A stretch of DNA of 64,000 nt from Eledone cirrhosa (Eukaryota): positions 1 through 64,000 of the forward strand of contig CAXHJY010000708.1 of assembly GCA_964016885.1 (NCBI GenBank), in the 5' to 3' direction. The position numbers and the translations under genes are program-made. Below the pieces are notes generated by a model. That model saw only the letters and a list, made by a program, of their open reading frames with translations. It was not told the origin of the DNA and made no database searches. This document shows, piece by piece, positions 1-16,589 of the stretch; positions within the stretch are counted from its first letter, which is position 1, and every line of letters begins with the position of its first letter.

Positions 1-197
1 TATATGTAGATAAATCTACCAAAAGTTTACGGTAGTGTCCAATCCGTATGAAGAACTCAATGTAATCCGGATATCATGAAAAGAGAAGATGCATTCAAAA
101 ACTACTTTCGGTGAAAAATAAACGGAAAACAGAGTCAAGATAAATTAATAAAATAATGAATAAACAAAGAAACAGTTCCCTATATTAAAAAAATGTC

Positions 198-335
198 ATC
201 ATTTTACGATCGTTTCTAGGATATATATGTGTTAGAGTTGGTATGCATATTCTATAGATCTATGTACAATATTTATACAAACTATCAGAGGGAATATACA
301 TACCTACACATATATATGCTGTCTTCAGAAATAAT
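198..335 (-). ncRNA. Type I hammerhead ribozyme with long stem II insert
   Basis: On the minus strand: stem I attattt/aaatgat, core CUGAAGA, stem II atatatatgtgt/acacatatatat, GAA, palindromic stem III ACGATCGT, GUA triplet. Confidence 0.7.
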
Positions 336-408
336 GATATTTGTTTATTTTTAATATCTAGACTATAATAGTCTTTAAGGAAAGTTCTAATAAGCTTTTT
401 ATTTTTTT

Positions 409-1494
409 CTATCTCTGAGAGGCTAAGGTTATTGGAAAGAAGAAGACAGTCGTCACGATATAAACCACCTTTAAGGTGGGGAAGGAAGCATTTATGTTAA
501 AAAGAAGAAAGAGGCCCACAAGATCAGTAATTTGGGCAGAATCGCTTGAGCCCATAGTAATATCGAATAGATTAATATATGTGTTTCTGGTCCAGTATTC
601 ATTCTGACATTCCAATAGTGTTAGTCTAGCATGTGTAATAATATTAATGTCATCCAAAGTTAAGTTAGATCTAATTTTAGCAAATATCAAGGCTTTGTTC
701 AGGAGTATAGGTGATATAGAAGAAGAATAATTATCTATATCAAATTGTAGAAATGAAGCAGAGGATTTATTTCTAATATTATTAAACCAGTTAATTACCT
801 GGGATGTGTTTTCCCAGAGTGGTAAATTAACATGTTTTCTTAGTTGTGGGATGACTCTATCTAAAATTTTTTTACTAATTATTCCAATATCAGATTTGGA
901 AGGGCATATAAGCCTTATAGATTTATGATCTTTCAGGTTGAAGTGTGGTCTTTTCAATGCCAAAGGTTCAGTTCTATCTTCAATATTAAGTCTATTCACT
1001 ATGCTGTGTGTTTTGTTGTTGATGTTGGTAAGTGACGCATTGTTTGTTTTTCTATAATTTTTCCTGAGTTCTTTATATATGAACTCATTGTAATTTTCAA
1101 TATCCATGTGATATAGATTTTCAGTTTTGTCCGAGTGGACATGGATTTTTTTAGATTTTTTTAGGTCCAATAGGGTAGAATCAAGGTCCTTTTTAAAATT
1201 AGATTTATACCTCTTAAATTTGAGGTGTTTGATTAAATTAAAAAGGTCTTTCTCAAAGTTTTCAAGTAAGGAGTTGTGTGGTGGATTTTTATATGTAGTG
1301 AAATCATACAAATATTTCCTATCAGTACATTTTGTTTTTTTATCGAAGTGGTAGGCCCTCCATCTGACTCTTCTGATAAATTGGTTGGTTTTTTGTATCA
1401 TAAGAAGTAAGAAATCATCCTTAGAAGGTAATGGTATATTCTTTAAAGAAATTCCCAAGTATTGTTTTTCCATTGTGATATGGATAATGGACAA
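409..1494 (-). pseudogene. Penelope-like element reverse transcriptase (N-terminus and RT core), frameshifted and truncated; probably Hydra-like PLE group
   Basis: ORF contains SLKNIPLPS..FIRRVRWRAYHF, RLICPSKSDIG, FLQFDIDNY and FDITMGSSDSAQITDLVGL. The catalytic GGLYRDDCLLL continues in a shifted frame at about 440-470 on the minus strand. Confidence 0.85.
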
Positions 1495-1616
1495 GAAAAA
1501 GAGCTCAACTATTTATATATGGAGTTATAAAGTTATACACATATGTATATATATATATAAATATATATACACATACAATATAAAAATAAGAATATCCCCA
1601 TGAAAATAGGAGCATT

Positions 1617-1722
1617 ATCCCGCCGAGGTTAACTTTGCCTTTCATCCTTATGGGGTCGATAAAATAAAGTACCAGTAATGTACTGGGTAATTGCTGGCCT
1701 TGTGCCAAAAGTAGAAACAATT
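1617..1722 (+). mobile_element. tRNA-derived SINE, 3' part
   Basis: cccgccgaggttaactttgcctttcatcc..gtcgataaaataaagtaccag..ggccttgtgcc matches many other copies in the window. Confidence 0.8.
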
Positions 1723-1857
1723 ATTTCTGAATACAGCATATATATGTGTAGGTATGTATATTCCCTCTGATAGTTTGTATAAATATTGTACATAGATCTA
1801 TAGAATATGCATACCAACTCTAACACATATATATCCTAGAAACGATCGTAAAATGAT
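1720..1857 (+). ncRNA. Mirror hammerhead copy with core mutation (CUGAAUA)
   Basis: Reverse complement of 198-335, with G8 changed to U. Confidence 0.6.
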
Positions 1858-1930
1858 GACATTTTTTAATATAAGGAACTGTTTCTTTGTTTATTCATTA
1901 TTTTATTAATTTATATATTTATATATAAAT

Positions 1931-2007
<77 letters not shown>

Positions 2008-2261
2008 AATATATATATATATATCTAAATATATATAAATATATATATATAAATATATATATATATAAATATATATAAATATATATATATAAATATATAT
2101 ATATAAATATATATATATAAATATATATATATAAATATAAATATATATGTATAAATATATATATATAAATATATGGAAAGTTATATTTAAATTGTTGGGT
2201 TAACAACGAGTAAATATTTATAACTGATATAAAAGCACTCAACAAGTATTTGGAGTATATT

Positions 2262-2626
2262 TATGATATTAAATAAATGGAAACTATATTTATAAAACCA
2301 TATTTATTTCGTTATATATATTTCAGGGATATCATATTAACAATATGTTATGCCTTCTTCAGACAGAATACAATATAAACAGTCTTATAAATAAATAGAT
2401 ACGACATACCTTTCAATCACCTTGCATTTGGGAGGTTGATTTGGCAGATCAACCTCCCATATGCAAGGTGATTGAAAGGTATGTCGTATCTATTTATTTA
2501 TAAGACTGTTTATATTGTATTTTGTCTGAAGAAGGCATAACATATTGTTAATAAGATATCCCTGAAATATATATAACGAAATAAATATGGTTTTATAAAT
2601 ATAGTTTCCATTTATTTAATATCATA
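2262..2626. mobile_element. Fold-back element: 179 bp arms, 7 nt loop, hammerhead in each arm
   Basis: 2262-2440 is the near-perfect reverse complement of 2448-2626. TA arrays lie on both sides, with a ~90 bp tail on the left. Confidence 0.85.
2518..2583 (+). ncRNA. Type I hammerhead ribozyme (mirror copy 2305-2370, minus)
   Basis: Stem I tattttgt/acgaaata, core CUGAAGA, stem II agg/cct with inner taaca/tgtta hairpin, GAA, palindromic stem III ATATATAT, AUA triplet. Confidence 0.7.
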
Positions 2627-5420
<2,794 letters not shown>

Positions 5421-5499
5421 TGTCGAGTATATAGAAAATTTAATATAGAAATGGCATCTACAGGACTAGAACTGTTTCATTGAAAAGAAAACAAGGAAT

Positions 5500-5625
5500 G
5501 GACTTCGAAATGATGAAAGGCAAAGTTGACCTCGATGGGATTTGAACTTACGGAGCGTAGAGAGTCGGAACGAAAATCACAAAGTATTTCATCCGATATT
5601 CTAACTACTATGCCAATTCGACACC
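5500..5625 (-). mobile_element. tRNA-derived SINE, diverged
   Basis: gatgaaaggcaaagttgacctcg..ggatttgaact is the reverse complement of the SINE core. Confidence 0.7.
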
Positions 5626-5984
5626 TAACTAATCTGTTAGATAATTGTAAAAAAAAAGGAAAAAGAAATGAAAACGAAAAAGGAGGAAGAAAGAAAGAGA
5701 GAATACCCCCTCAAAACCGATTGTAATTTAAACAATACGAGTGAAAGATTACGTCAAAACCTCCAGTGTCTCTAGGATGATTTCATTTTATAATTTGCAA
5801 GACCTTTCTATTGCCTTCTTTACCATAAAAAATAATAGAAGGAATAATTAAATTAAATGGATGCTTAAGATAAATGATGAAATAGATATATTAAGAAATT
5901 AATGGACGGGGAGAAAGAATAAAAGATACACAGATAACCAATGATTAAGTCTTTTAACAAGTAATAAATGATGACGACAGTAAG

Positions 5985-6145
<161 letters not shown>

Positions 6146-8189
6146 GGAGGACTGTGGCATTTAAGAGTAATGATATCATTAAGAAACTAGATGCGTATCT
6201 GTGCACTCGCACGTGCACACGGGCGCCTATGTGTTTCGGTGTTTCTGTAAGAGAATTTATATCTTTGTCAGTCTCCTAATCATTATTCAAGCTAGCAAGT
6301 CCTACATGTACCGTACACACACACATGATTACATGCGAGATCACTTACAGATACATAACCTCACACCACCTGCTCCTTACTTACTTCTACACAAATACAG
6401 TAAACACCAGGGGCGTTTTGAGCTTGATAGAAGATATGATGAAAAACTACTGATAATGTGAAAAAGCTCGCAATTTTATGGGAAGAAAATAAAATAAAAT
6501 AAAAATGAATGAATGCTTCGAAGAAAAAAAAAAAATGAATGAATGCTTCGAAGAAAAAAAAGAGCATACTCGTAAACTGCCCCCCCCCCATACAAAACCC
6601 TCAATCCCCCCATCCACCCCCAGGGAAATTCAATAATTGCCACGATTCTCCACCGCACCCACACTACGCCCAAAACATGATGTATTCATTCATTCATTCT
6701 TCTTATCACCTAAATAGAATGTAGTGGTTGTGGTGGTGATGGTGGGTGATACTTCGAGTTAAATACAGAGCAATACAACCATGAATCATTTGGAACAAAG
6801 CTTTGGAATATATTGCTTCACATACTTTGAATCCATGTTATATTTCAGTCAGATTGGTTCCAGGTTTATGTTGTTGTTCACTTTTATTAAAAACTTACTG
6901 GCGTTGCTTACATTGCATTTACGGTTTTACATTACGTTTATATGTGTATATGATTATATCTGCATATAAAAAAATGCGTGGGAGAAATAGAGTGAGTCAA
7001 TGAAAGAGTGAGAGAGGGGGGGGGGAGGAGAGAGAGAGATTGGTTCTCTTATTTAAAAAAATCCTTTTTATTTAAAATTTGCATTCGTTCAAAGCGGCAA
7101 CACTTAAAAGTTCTTCCGAACGCTCACATGAACACACACACACACAATGTATGTATGTATACACATGTGTGTGAGTCTTTGTGTGTTCAGAAAAAAAGTC
7201 CGCTTTGATCAAATGCAAATTTTTAAATATAATGCAATTGCTCAGAAAACCTTTCATTTCTCTTTCTCTCGACTTTCCACACGCACACACACATATATAT
7301 ATTATACTACACACACACACATACACACATATATATATTATACTACACACACACATTATATATATATATATATATATATGGCTTCCGTACTGTTCTCGTT
7401 TACCAAATTTAACTAACTGAGTATTTATTGGCCAAGATAAGGAAACTGTGGAAGCCTCTTGCTCAAGGTACCATGCAGTGGGACTGAACCCAGAACCGGC
7501 TGATTTGGAGGTCAAATTACTGGTGCATATACTAACATCGAAAAGACGCATTAAGATTTATGTTCATCATTATTTGACTATATATCAATTTAGCGACTAC
7601 GAAGCATGCTTGAAGTGATATTGTCGAAAGAATGAATGTAGCACTTCAATATGCGTGTCTGCTATAACAGCAACGATGAAAGATATCAAACACTTTAAGA
7701 ACGATGAACGTTCGTAGTTGGATATTGGAACAAGCATGATAAATTTTGTTTCTTTAAAACGCTGCCAACAAGCTACATAGTAAACCAGAATTACATCAGT
7801 TATCTTTGATGTTATAAGGAATACTTTAAGTAGAAAATCTATCAATGTTTCTATTTATCTTGTTACTAGCTACACCCGCTTTCATTTCTTTTACTTAACT
7901 GCAGCAGCTATATGGTAGCGTCTACAACTATAAAGAATAATCATAACATTTTGTAACAGAAAAATTCTTTAACAACTATGTGAAGATATCCAAAATGCTA
8001 AGAAACAACTTAATTTTATTACTGTATATTTTATATCATACAGTGATATATTTATCGCATTCTAGAACGCAGCCAACAACTCTAATACTCCCTGTTATCT
8101 CTTGAGTTTCATGCAATGGCTGTTTCAATCATTGGTATTCATAAATGCTCCACCTCACTGCCTTCTGAGTTCAAATCCAGTCGAGGTAG

Positions 8190-8605
8190 GCGCGAGTCAT
8201 CAGCCTACATCGATCACATCTCTGGCATTTGTACACACCACTCGTCGCTACTACCGATCGCATGGTCCACTGAGGTCCTCGGATCTGGCTGACGAGTTCG
8301 CAGGCCAGGCAGCCGCGTTTCGTGTTGGCCACCGTGCCGGTCCGTTGACATCGTCGGTGCGCTCTCTGATGACCCGGAGAAGACAACCGGACCCGATCAC
8401 TTAGAGGAAGTAGAAGTCGTACCAAGGCTTTTATATCCCAGTCCAGTAATGGTGTTGATGTTTTCCAGACACCTCCTTTCTCTTTTTTTTCTTCTGTGGA
8501 AGAAATCAGCCGTATTCCACCTGAAAAGGGATGGACCGCCAGATTTATAAAATCCAAGGTACGCTGTGTGACAGTAAGGCGCCCCTACGACCCCCCCCCC
8601 CAAGA
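8190..8605 (-). mobile_element. Possible LTR-retrotransposon LTR fragment
   Basis: GC-rich island. On the minus strand a G-run resembling a polypurine tract (~8590-8602) precedes a segment with a TATA-like gatataaaag (~8428-8437). Confidence 0.3.
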
Positions 8606-8699
8606 GTTAAGAGCCCCGTTTTTATTCATAAATGTTTTTATTCACAGAATGAGTATTCTACAAACTTAATAAGACAGTATGAGTTTTCCAACATGTTGT

Positions 8700-8915
8700 A
8701 TCGGACTGTATCGAACTGCCTATTCATGAAATTAACGTGCAAGTGGCTGAGCATTGCAGACACATGCAGCTTTGGCGTAGTTTTCGGGAACAGTCTGCGC
8801 AACAGTAATGGTGACAAGTACAACTTATTTTTGCTAGCTGAATGGATTGGAGCAACGCCGGGAATTGAACTCACGATTGTGAGCAGAATACCCTAACCAC
8901 GAAGCCACACACCTT
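8700..8915 (+). mobile_element. Second interspersed SINE-like family (other copies ~15640-15790 +, 17640-17830 -, 22800-22970 +, 29270-29380 +)
   Basis: Shared gcctgctc(a/g)tgaaattaacgtgcaagtggctgagcatt..cagacacgtgtac core across five loci. Confidence 0.7.
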
Positions 8916-9383
8916 ACTGAGATCTTTTCCAATCGACTGCGCCACGTTAGAAATATTGGAGATGACAACCCCAGTTATCAGGGTTAGAGATGTTGTTATT
9001 CCCTTGAGTACTAATTAAATTATTTCATGTTTCAATATCTCGGAAAAGATAGAAATATTAAAAGTTTTTTGAGACTAGTTGCCAGCTTGGAAAAACAGTT
9101 TGTTTGAAAGTAACGTCTGATTTACTGTGTTTGAATCGAAGACGTTTCCATATCTAGCGGGTGTGGCTGATTGATAAGAATGTGGGTTAGAGATGGAGAC
9201 AAGAATGAGTGTTTAGTTTTTATTTGCGGAAAAAGCGACACCGATTTACGTATTACAATACATAATTACATGATAAATAATTGGCAGTTGATTAATCAGT
9301 ATCGGTGCGCACGACGTTAATTAGCCAGTCTTGTTTTCATGGTGTTGTCTATTTGTTATTGATTAATTAATACAAAATTTCAA

Positions 9384-9740
9384 ATGTTTTCACATCCTCA
9401 CGAACTTGATCAACTAACAAGCTATATTACTGACATTACCTATCTCAAAATCTTGTTTACCAAAGATCAGAGTAATATGTGAGTGGAAAAATACAATCAC
9501 CAAAATAAAATTACATAAGAATGTTTCTAAATAGAATATTGGTATTTGTTATTAAAAATAGACAAAAAGTTTTAGTGATTTTTGTTTAGGTGTATCAGGA
9601 TCTATTCTAATTCTATAAAAAGGCCAGAGTAAGACATCTTTAAAGGTTATATGAAAATGATGATGAATCATTGCGGTGTAAAATATCCGTCATGTATTTT
9701 CAGCTGGTATCAACAAGTACTTTACCCCAAGAAAAATAAT
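9384..9740 (+). CDS. Candidate small spliced ORF (exons 9384-9478, 9590-9628, 9704-9740), product unknown
   Basis: ATG at 9384, donors gtgagt/gtaaga/gtaagt, acceptors tttag/ttcag. The joined frame is open: MFSHPHELDQLTSYITDITYLKILFTKDQSNMCIRIYSNSIKRPDWYQQVLYPKKNN. Confidence 0.3.
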
Positions 9741-11978
9741 GTAAGTTGACCCGACAATTAGAATTAACCGCCAGAAATGTATAAAAACACTAGAAGCTAT
9801 AATGACAAAATATCACCTTAAACACAGAAAACACTGGAAACATGAATCACAATAACACTAACACTTTCTCAATTACCAAGTCATTTTTATGTGTGTATGT
9901 TTATAAATACTTTCTATTGTGTGAGATTTCTGTGTGTATTTTTTTTTTTATTCCCCCTTATTTTATTTCTGTCACTCAATCTGTCGGCTGCTTTTCTAAA
10001 GTATTATGTTTCATATTGATCACCGAATGTGTTACTAAATTTGAAATAAATGTTTTGCTTGATTAGATTAACTATTCGTTGTAAATGTCAATTCTTTCGG
10101 TTAGATGTCTATTCAAGGGTAAGGGCAGATGTCACTTCTAACTCACTACATTCCAGGATATAGATTTCATGTATATATATTTATTTTATGAACTCGGGAT
10201 CATTGAAAAGACTAAACTTCAAAAGTTCATCACTTTAACAAAAAGGCATCACCAAATTATATTATTACTTTCTTTTGTCAGTAGGTTTTTTTTTAAGGCG
10301 GGGAACAGGCAGAGCTTTTAGCACGTCTGATAGAATGCTTTACGCTATTTGTTCCGTCTCTCAGCTCACTGAGTTCAAATCTCGCCGAGGTCAACATTGC
10401 TTTTCATCCTTTTGTGGTCGATAAAAAGTACCAATCCAGTACTGTAGACGATTCTTCCTCTATATCTTTTTCTCGCTTCTCTATATCACTCTTCCTTTTT
10501 CTCCTGCTTTGGAAGAAATCGGTTGTGTCCAGACACTGGGAGGCGATGGGCTCTGTTAGGTTTAAAAAATGCCCAAGAAATGCCGTATATCACTACGACG
10601 CTCCTACAACTCCATCAGGATAATACAGGTTAAAGGGATAGGAAGTTTTATTTTTATTGCTTGTTTCTACTGCACAACCGAGCGCATCTTTGTGCGTCTT
10701 GGGTACATGAAGTGTTATTTTACACTGGTAGTCTTAGATTGTGTACCCTACCAAATAATATATATGACTTATGTATTTATACATGTTGAATCTAATGTGT
10801 TTTCCGACTCTAATGTGTTTTGCTTCAAAACTAGTGGTCGATTATTAAAACGAATTAATCGTAAAAAAGTTGATACCGATTATCTGCCGATTAATCGGGG
10901 CAGCCTTAGAGTTTTGTTTCGGTGTTGTGTTTTCTATTGTATTGAAAGCACTCTACACAATATAGATGCAGCGCCTAGTAGTGATATTTTGTAAGTCCTA
11001 GAGGCGAGATAAATTATATATTTGTTTGCATCTTCAATTATTCTTAAGCCACCAATTATCATGATGATTGTTTATGTCTTCAAGTCTCACATTCTTTCAT
11101 TGTTTTTAGCGATACAGAGTTTTGTAAGATTTAGTTTTCATACATTTTAGGGCATCAAATTAACATTGGACTGAATGAAATGGTTTTTATGTTGATTGCT
11201 TATAACCTTGCGCCTCATTGGCTTATTTGCAGGTGGTAGCCAATCGGAGACTAGTATGAGGAATACATTACAAATGTGCATATTTGTCAACAGGTGGGTG
11301 AAAGTGTGGAAAGACTGAATGAGTCTACCCTCTATATGTACCCGTAGGTGGGACGATGGCAATGGGGAGAAGGCATTCACCTTTGGTGGTCTGGGTGATC
11401 GTGGTTCCGTGGGGTCCCTCAGTTGGCTGTAGAGAAAAGTCATTAGTACGCTAAGAAAGTTAAAAGAAACAACTTTAGAATCTAAGTTGATTAAAAACTG
11501 AATGCAGTCTGGAAGTTAGTCGTATTTTTGTCCAGTACTGTATTTACTCCAGATACGTTTCATTTTTATAAGAGACCTCACCTGCAAAGCGTACTCTTAC
11601 TTATCAGATCTAAGAATAACCGAGAGAATATATAAGTTTTAGTGAAAAGAACATTCATTGAAAATGTGACGTGGGGAAAATTACCCAGGGATTCCTTCTG
11701 CCTTTTTATGGTCTACTATACTGAAGACCCTAATTGACTATATGTTATTCATACAAATGACATCCAATGGAAATAATATTTTTTCCACACAAACTCTATA
11801 TATTATCTCAGTTATTCTCCCATCTGGTTAAGTACAAGTAACAAAGTCTACTAAGAGCAAAACATGACAGTAGTTGATCCTCACTTGCCAAAGATCACAC
11901 TATTCCCCACAGCAATCCCTCATTCAATATTTAATTAATTTAGATTTCAGAATTGTTTCTCTTTCCTTCCTTGACAAG

Positions 11979-12609
11979 AGTTGCCATTAACTCTAATCCT
12001 TTCCCTCTTTACTACGAGTACAATTATTAATTGATAAAAAGAAAACACTTTTTTGTATTATTACTTTAAGTATATTAACTCACCACTTAAACTTTCATTT
12101 GTATTGTTAATTTGTGTTGCAGGCTGAATATTGATTTGACATATGTTCCGTAATTATGTTTACACGTGAATATATATGAAGACGATAAGTTGCCATTAAC
12201 TCTAATCATTTCCCTCTTTACTACGAGTACAATTATTAATTGATAAAAAGAAAACACCTTTTTGTATTATTACTTTAAGTATATTAACTCACCACTTAAA
12301 CTTTCATTTGTATTGTTAATTTGTGTTGCAGGCTGAATATTGATTTGACATATGTTCCGTAATTATGTTTACACGTGAATATATATGAAGACGATAAGTT
12401 GCCATTAACTCTAATCATTTCCCTCTTTACTACGAGTACAATTATTAATTGATAAAAAGAAAACACCTTTTTGTATTATTACTTTAAGTATATTAACTCA
12501 CCACTTAAACTTTCATTTGTATTGTTAATTTGTGTTGCAGGCTGAATATTGATTTTGACATATGTTCCGTAATTATGTTTACACGTTAATATATATGAAG
12601 ACGATAAGT
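11979..12609 (+). repeat. Tandem triplication, ~209 bp unit
   Basis: agttgccattaactctaatc... recurs at 11979, 12188 and 12397, with near-identical units. Confidence 0.95.
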
Positions 12610-12799
12610 GCCTATGTTAGCAATAAATAACTTATATTGGGCAAACAGCATAAAGTAATAAGTTAGTATACTACTTACACAGGTATCTATCAGAATTATA
12701 TATATTTTTTTACTTGTTGAATAGCGATGTATAATTATGTTAATTCCGGTAATATGCTTTTGTTGTTATTCAATCCGTGATTATTATTATGATTATTGT

Positions 12800-12975
12800 G
12801 CTTCGCGACATAGAATTACGGCCCTTTATTGTCTGAGTTCAAATCCTGCCGAGGTTAACTTTGCCTTTCATCCTTACGGGTCGATAAAATAAAGTACCAG
12901 TAATGCACTGGGGTCGATTTAATCGACTTTCCCCTCCCCCCAAAACTACTGGCCTTGTGCCAAACTAGAAATCAT
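12800..12975 (+). mobile_element. tRNA-derived SINE
   Basis: B-box-like gagttcaaatcc followed by the family core and 3' end. Confidence 0.85.
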
Positions 12976-14388
12976 TATTATTTTTTTTTGGTTGTCAAAT
13001 TTTAGTTTTCATGCTCAATTTTTTTCTCTCCTTAATCCGTCCAGTATTGTGTTGGGATTTGAAACCAGATTTTAAAGAACACAATTTAATACGACAATAA
13101 ATTTTGTCCAGAATTTTACCAATCCTGCCATCAACTTCTGTTCTAGAATATCTGTGTTTATTTGGTCACCAAATATTTGTATGCAGCGTTTTCAATTTCT
13201 TGAGAAGAGTGTTTTCATCTAGTTGGACGGGTTGTCCCGCGATCCCTTCTACATTACGACAGTCTTGGCTTTCTTTATTATTTAGTCCGAGGAAAATGAG
13301 AAATTCCGTTCCCATAATTCCCAGACTGGTGAGAGCAACGTCATTGGTATTTAGCTCGAATTCTGTCGTTCAATGTCAGTTGAGAATCTTAGACAGAGAT
13401 TGAGTATCAGACAGTTGTTGCAGTTGTGGATAGGAAGGATTAGTTACGTGTTTAGTATGGGTTCTAGGATCAAGAGACAGGAGGTATGACCTAAAGAGGA
13501 CATATGGTGCATTAAAGAAGCATTTGTGAGAATGGCACACCATTTCCTTACTCGGAAAAACAACAAAACAAAACAGAAGCCACTGTGATGACGGTAGAAG
13601 AAAGAAAAGAAGAAGATACAATGGCATTGGAGAGTAGTGTGATATTGAAGATAGAATTGCTTCTCAATCATGGGAACGTTTTGGATGTGGTTTATAGTAT
13701 TTGTGCCATTCTGGATATGTGGGTTATGTTGACGAGTCTGTAAGTTTTTCTTCAAACATATCACATAACTTCATTCCTTCCATACAACGATTTTGTGATG
13801 GGTGCCGCCGATTTTATGACTGTTGTGGTTGGATATTAATTTTAAACTTTATTGAGTTATCTGTTCATTAATAGATTACTAATTGGAAGTAGAGCTAAAT
13901 AGGCAAGATGGAAATATATTAGAATACGTTTATCTTCATATGTGCTGAAAATATTCCATATTTCTTCTGAAGGAAACAGTTTATGTTGTCGAACTCCGTT
14001 AAAGACATTCCAATAGTATATAAAATTCTATGACAGGCTTCGCTTGTTTGTTTCTAGTTATAACTGATACCATTCTTAAAATAGGAATAATAAAGAAAAT
14101 ACTGAGATGTTATGTGATAGAATGCCTTGTAGTTGAAACATTCTATTCGAGTCGTAACGGTCAGTTCAGTGCAAGGAGATGATGGCGTTGTTCAGGAAGC
14201 TTTTGAGCAGTTAAGTGAAAGCAGTTTTCCTGGATTCAGGAAGCAGGCTGCTATTCCTTTATGTAAATGGCAGTTGCAATGGTAATATACGTCTATTAGA
14301 GAAGTCGTGAGGAAATGTTACTCAATAATGATGGTATTGAAGTGACTGACATGGTAGGCAATATTACTAATTATTTCGAGGCGTTAAA

Positions 14389-14840
14389 GGCGGTGGATTG
14401 GCAGTATCAGTAGAGTGTCGGACAACATACTTTGTGGTATAGAATTACATCCTTCTACGTTCTGAGTTCAAATTCCGCCGAGGTTAGTTTTACCTTTCAT
14501 CCTCTCGGGTTCGATAAAATAAAATACCAGTAACACACTGGAGTCGATTTAATCGAGTTTTCCCTTCCTCAAAATTGTTGGCCTTGTGCCTAAATCAGAA
14601 ACCATTATTTCAAGGCGTTAGAATGTTGGACTGGCTGAATCGTTAGTGCATCGGATGATATATATTGCGTTATTTCGTAACGGCCCTCTTCGTTCTGGTT
14701 TCAAATCCCACCGAGGCAAAATTTGATTTTCATCCTTCTGGGATCGATAAAAATAAAGTACCAGTTAAGTACAGGGATCGATATAATTGATTTGCCCCTT
14801 CCCTAATTTGCTGGTCTTACATCAATGTTAGAAATAATTA
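14389..14840 (+). mobile_element. Two tandem tRNA-derived SINE copies (14389-14608 and ~14625-14840)
   Basis: ggcggtggattggcag head, gagttcaaat B-box and the family core appear twice. Confidence 0.85.
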
Positions 14841-16252
14841 TTTCGAGGATTTGGAGTAAAATCTCCGAAAATCTGCTCGACCAGTTCGACATTTTTATTA
14901 AATATAGTGTATAGAACTCGACAGCGCTATAATTGACATAGAATGCCGTCTAAATCTCTCGTAGTGGATATAGAAAGATACAATAGAATTCACTATGTAT
15001 GAGAAATGTATGTATTGATCACAGGGTGGTGGTTATAATCAACTTAAGTTTTAGAGGCTGAACATGCCTTTTCATAAATGAAAGGCTGAAGGGATTAGAT
15101 CCCTAAAATAGTTAAAGAGAAACTATGTGAGTGAAGTAGTAAACATAAGCGTGTTATGTTCAGTAAAGGTATATAACAGAGAATATGTAGTTACATTAAA
15201 GAGTAAGATATTATCGAGAAGGATAAACTAAGATGTGCTTTATTTTACCATAAACTCGAAAGCTTTGAGATTGGCAGTGAGTATCATTACAAGAAATATT
15301 GATTGTAAGCATTGCTAGGAATAAGGTAACTTGTCGACGAGGAAGGAGTTGAATGTTTCTCAGAATCAATTGAATCTATTTTTCTTCTACAAGTTTCTTT
15401 TATATATTTATTTATTCCATCACAGCGTTTGCACCAAGGTCGAGGCCATGTTCCCAACTTGTTAAGTATTAGCTAATTTCTTTGTCAAAGTATAGTAGGT
15501 CAAGTTGTCTTGGTTTTTCCTTGATATGACATTTTAAGTGTGGCTATGACATGTCTTGTAAATTCATTTCCTTTTTTTTTTTTTTTTTGCCCATAACCTT
15601 TGTACCAGAAATGTATGGTAACAGAAGTTTCTAAGTAACAACGGAGTGGACCTCCGTCGGTTTCGATGATAAGTATTCCAGTTGTTCGATCAACGGAACA
15701 GCTTGTTCGTGTAAGTGACTGAGTATTACACTGACACGTGTACCCTTAGTGTAATTCTCAGAGTGATTCAGCTTGAAGTGATGGCAAATAGGATGATACA
15801 TCGTTAATACTTTTCCCAATGAAGTTAGTAATGTAAGTTACAGAGTCGTTGTGAATTAGTTTCGACCGGGAATCGAAACTGGATTGCAACTTCGTCTCTC
15901 CAGCAAATCATCTACTTAACACATATTGTTCCATCTATGGGCGGTGCTCTAGCATGGCCGTGGTGGCTAAAACATACCAAAGAACTATAGTATATATAAA
16001 TCCTTAGATTTTCAGAGGAGTGGGCGCTAAATGGAATGTTGTTGAGTACACTTTATCAAAGACACTAGCTTAAACTGGTGACTGGTGAGGAAATACAATT
16101 TCTGGGAAGAGGAAGTGAGAGGAAGTAAGAGGTCGGAGACAATATGTATAAAGATGAGGAAGGAGTGGGAAAGTAGGGGTAAAGGGGGAGGAAATATAAG
16201 GGATATTAGATGTGACAGTGAGAAGGAGAGAGCAGCGAAGAAAGATGACAAC

Positions 16253-16303
<51 letters not shown>

Positions 16304-16589
16304 AAGAGAGGCATATATACATACATACTCCTACAGGCATATATATGTTTGTGTGTGTATAGTTGCACTTATTATACACACACACACACACATACACACA
16401 CATACACACACAATGCGAGTGTATTTTGTGTTTGTGTATATGTGGAGATAGCACATATATGTATATATGTATGTGAGTGCATGTATATGTAAGTATGTGC
16501 GTGTGTGATCAAAAAGTGAGTAAGGGAAGAAAAAGAAGAGAAAAATATATTTAAATGAGCTGGCGAACGAAACTGAAGGGTAATAATTG

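Larger units (their letters stand above)
140..1914. mobile_element. PLE copy bracketed by inverted pseudo-LTR arms (140-335 and 1720-1914)
   Basis: Two ~195 bp near-identical reverse-complement arms flank the RT ORF. The right arm runs into a TA-rich array. Confidence 0.8.

Noticed and set aside
8196-8400. CTGATGA / CTGACGA motifs
   Set aside because: No properly placed GAAA or closing stems.
13040-14330. Possible decayed retroelement ORF on the minus strand
   Set aside because: No diagnostic motif could be recognised.
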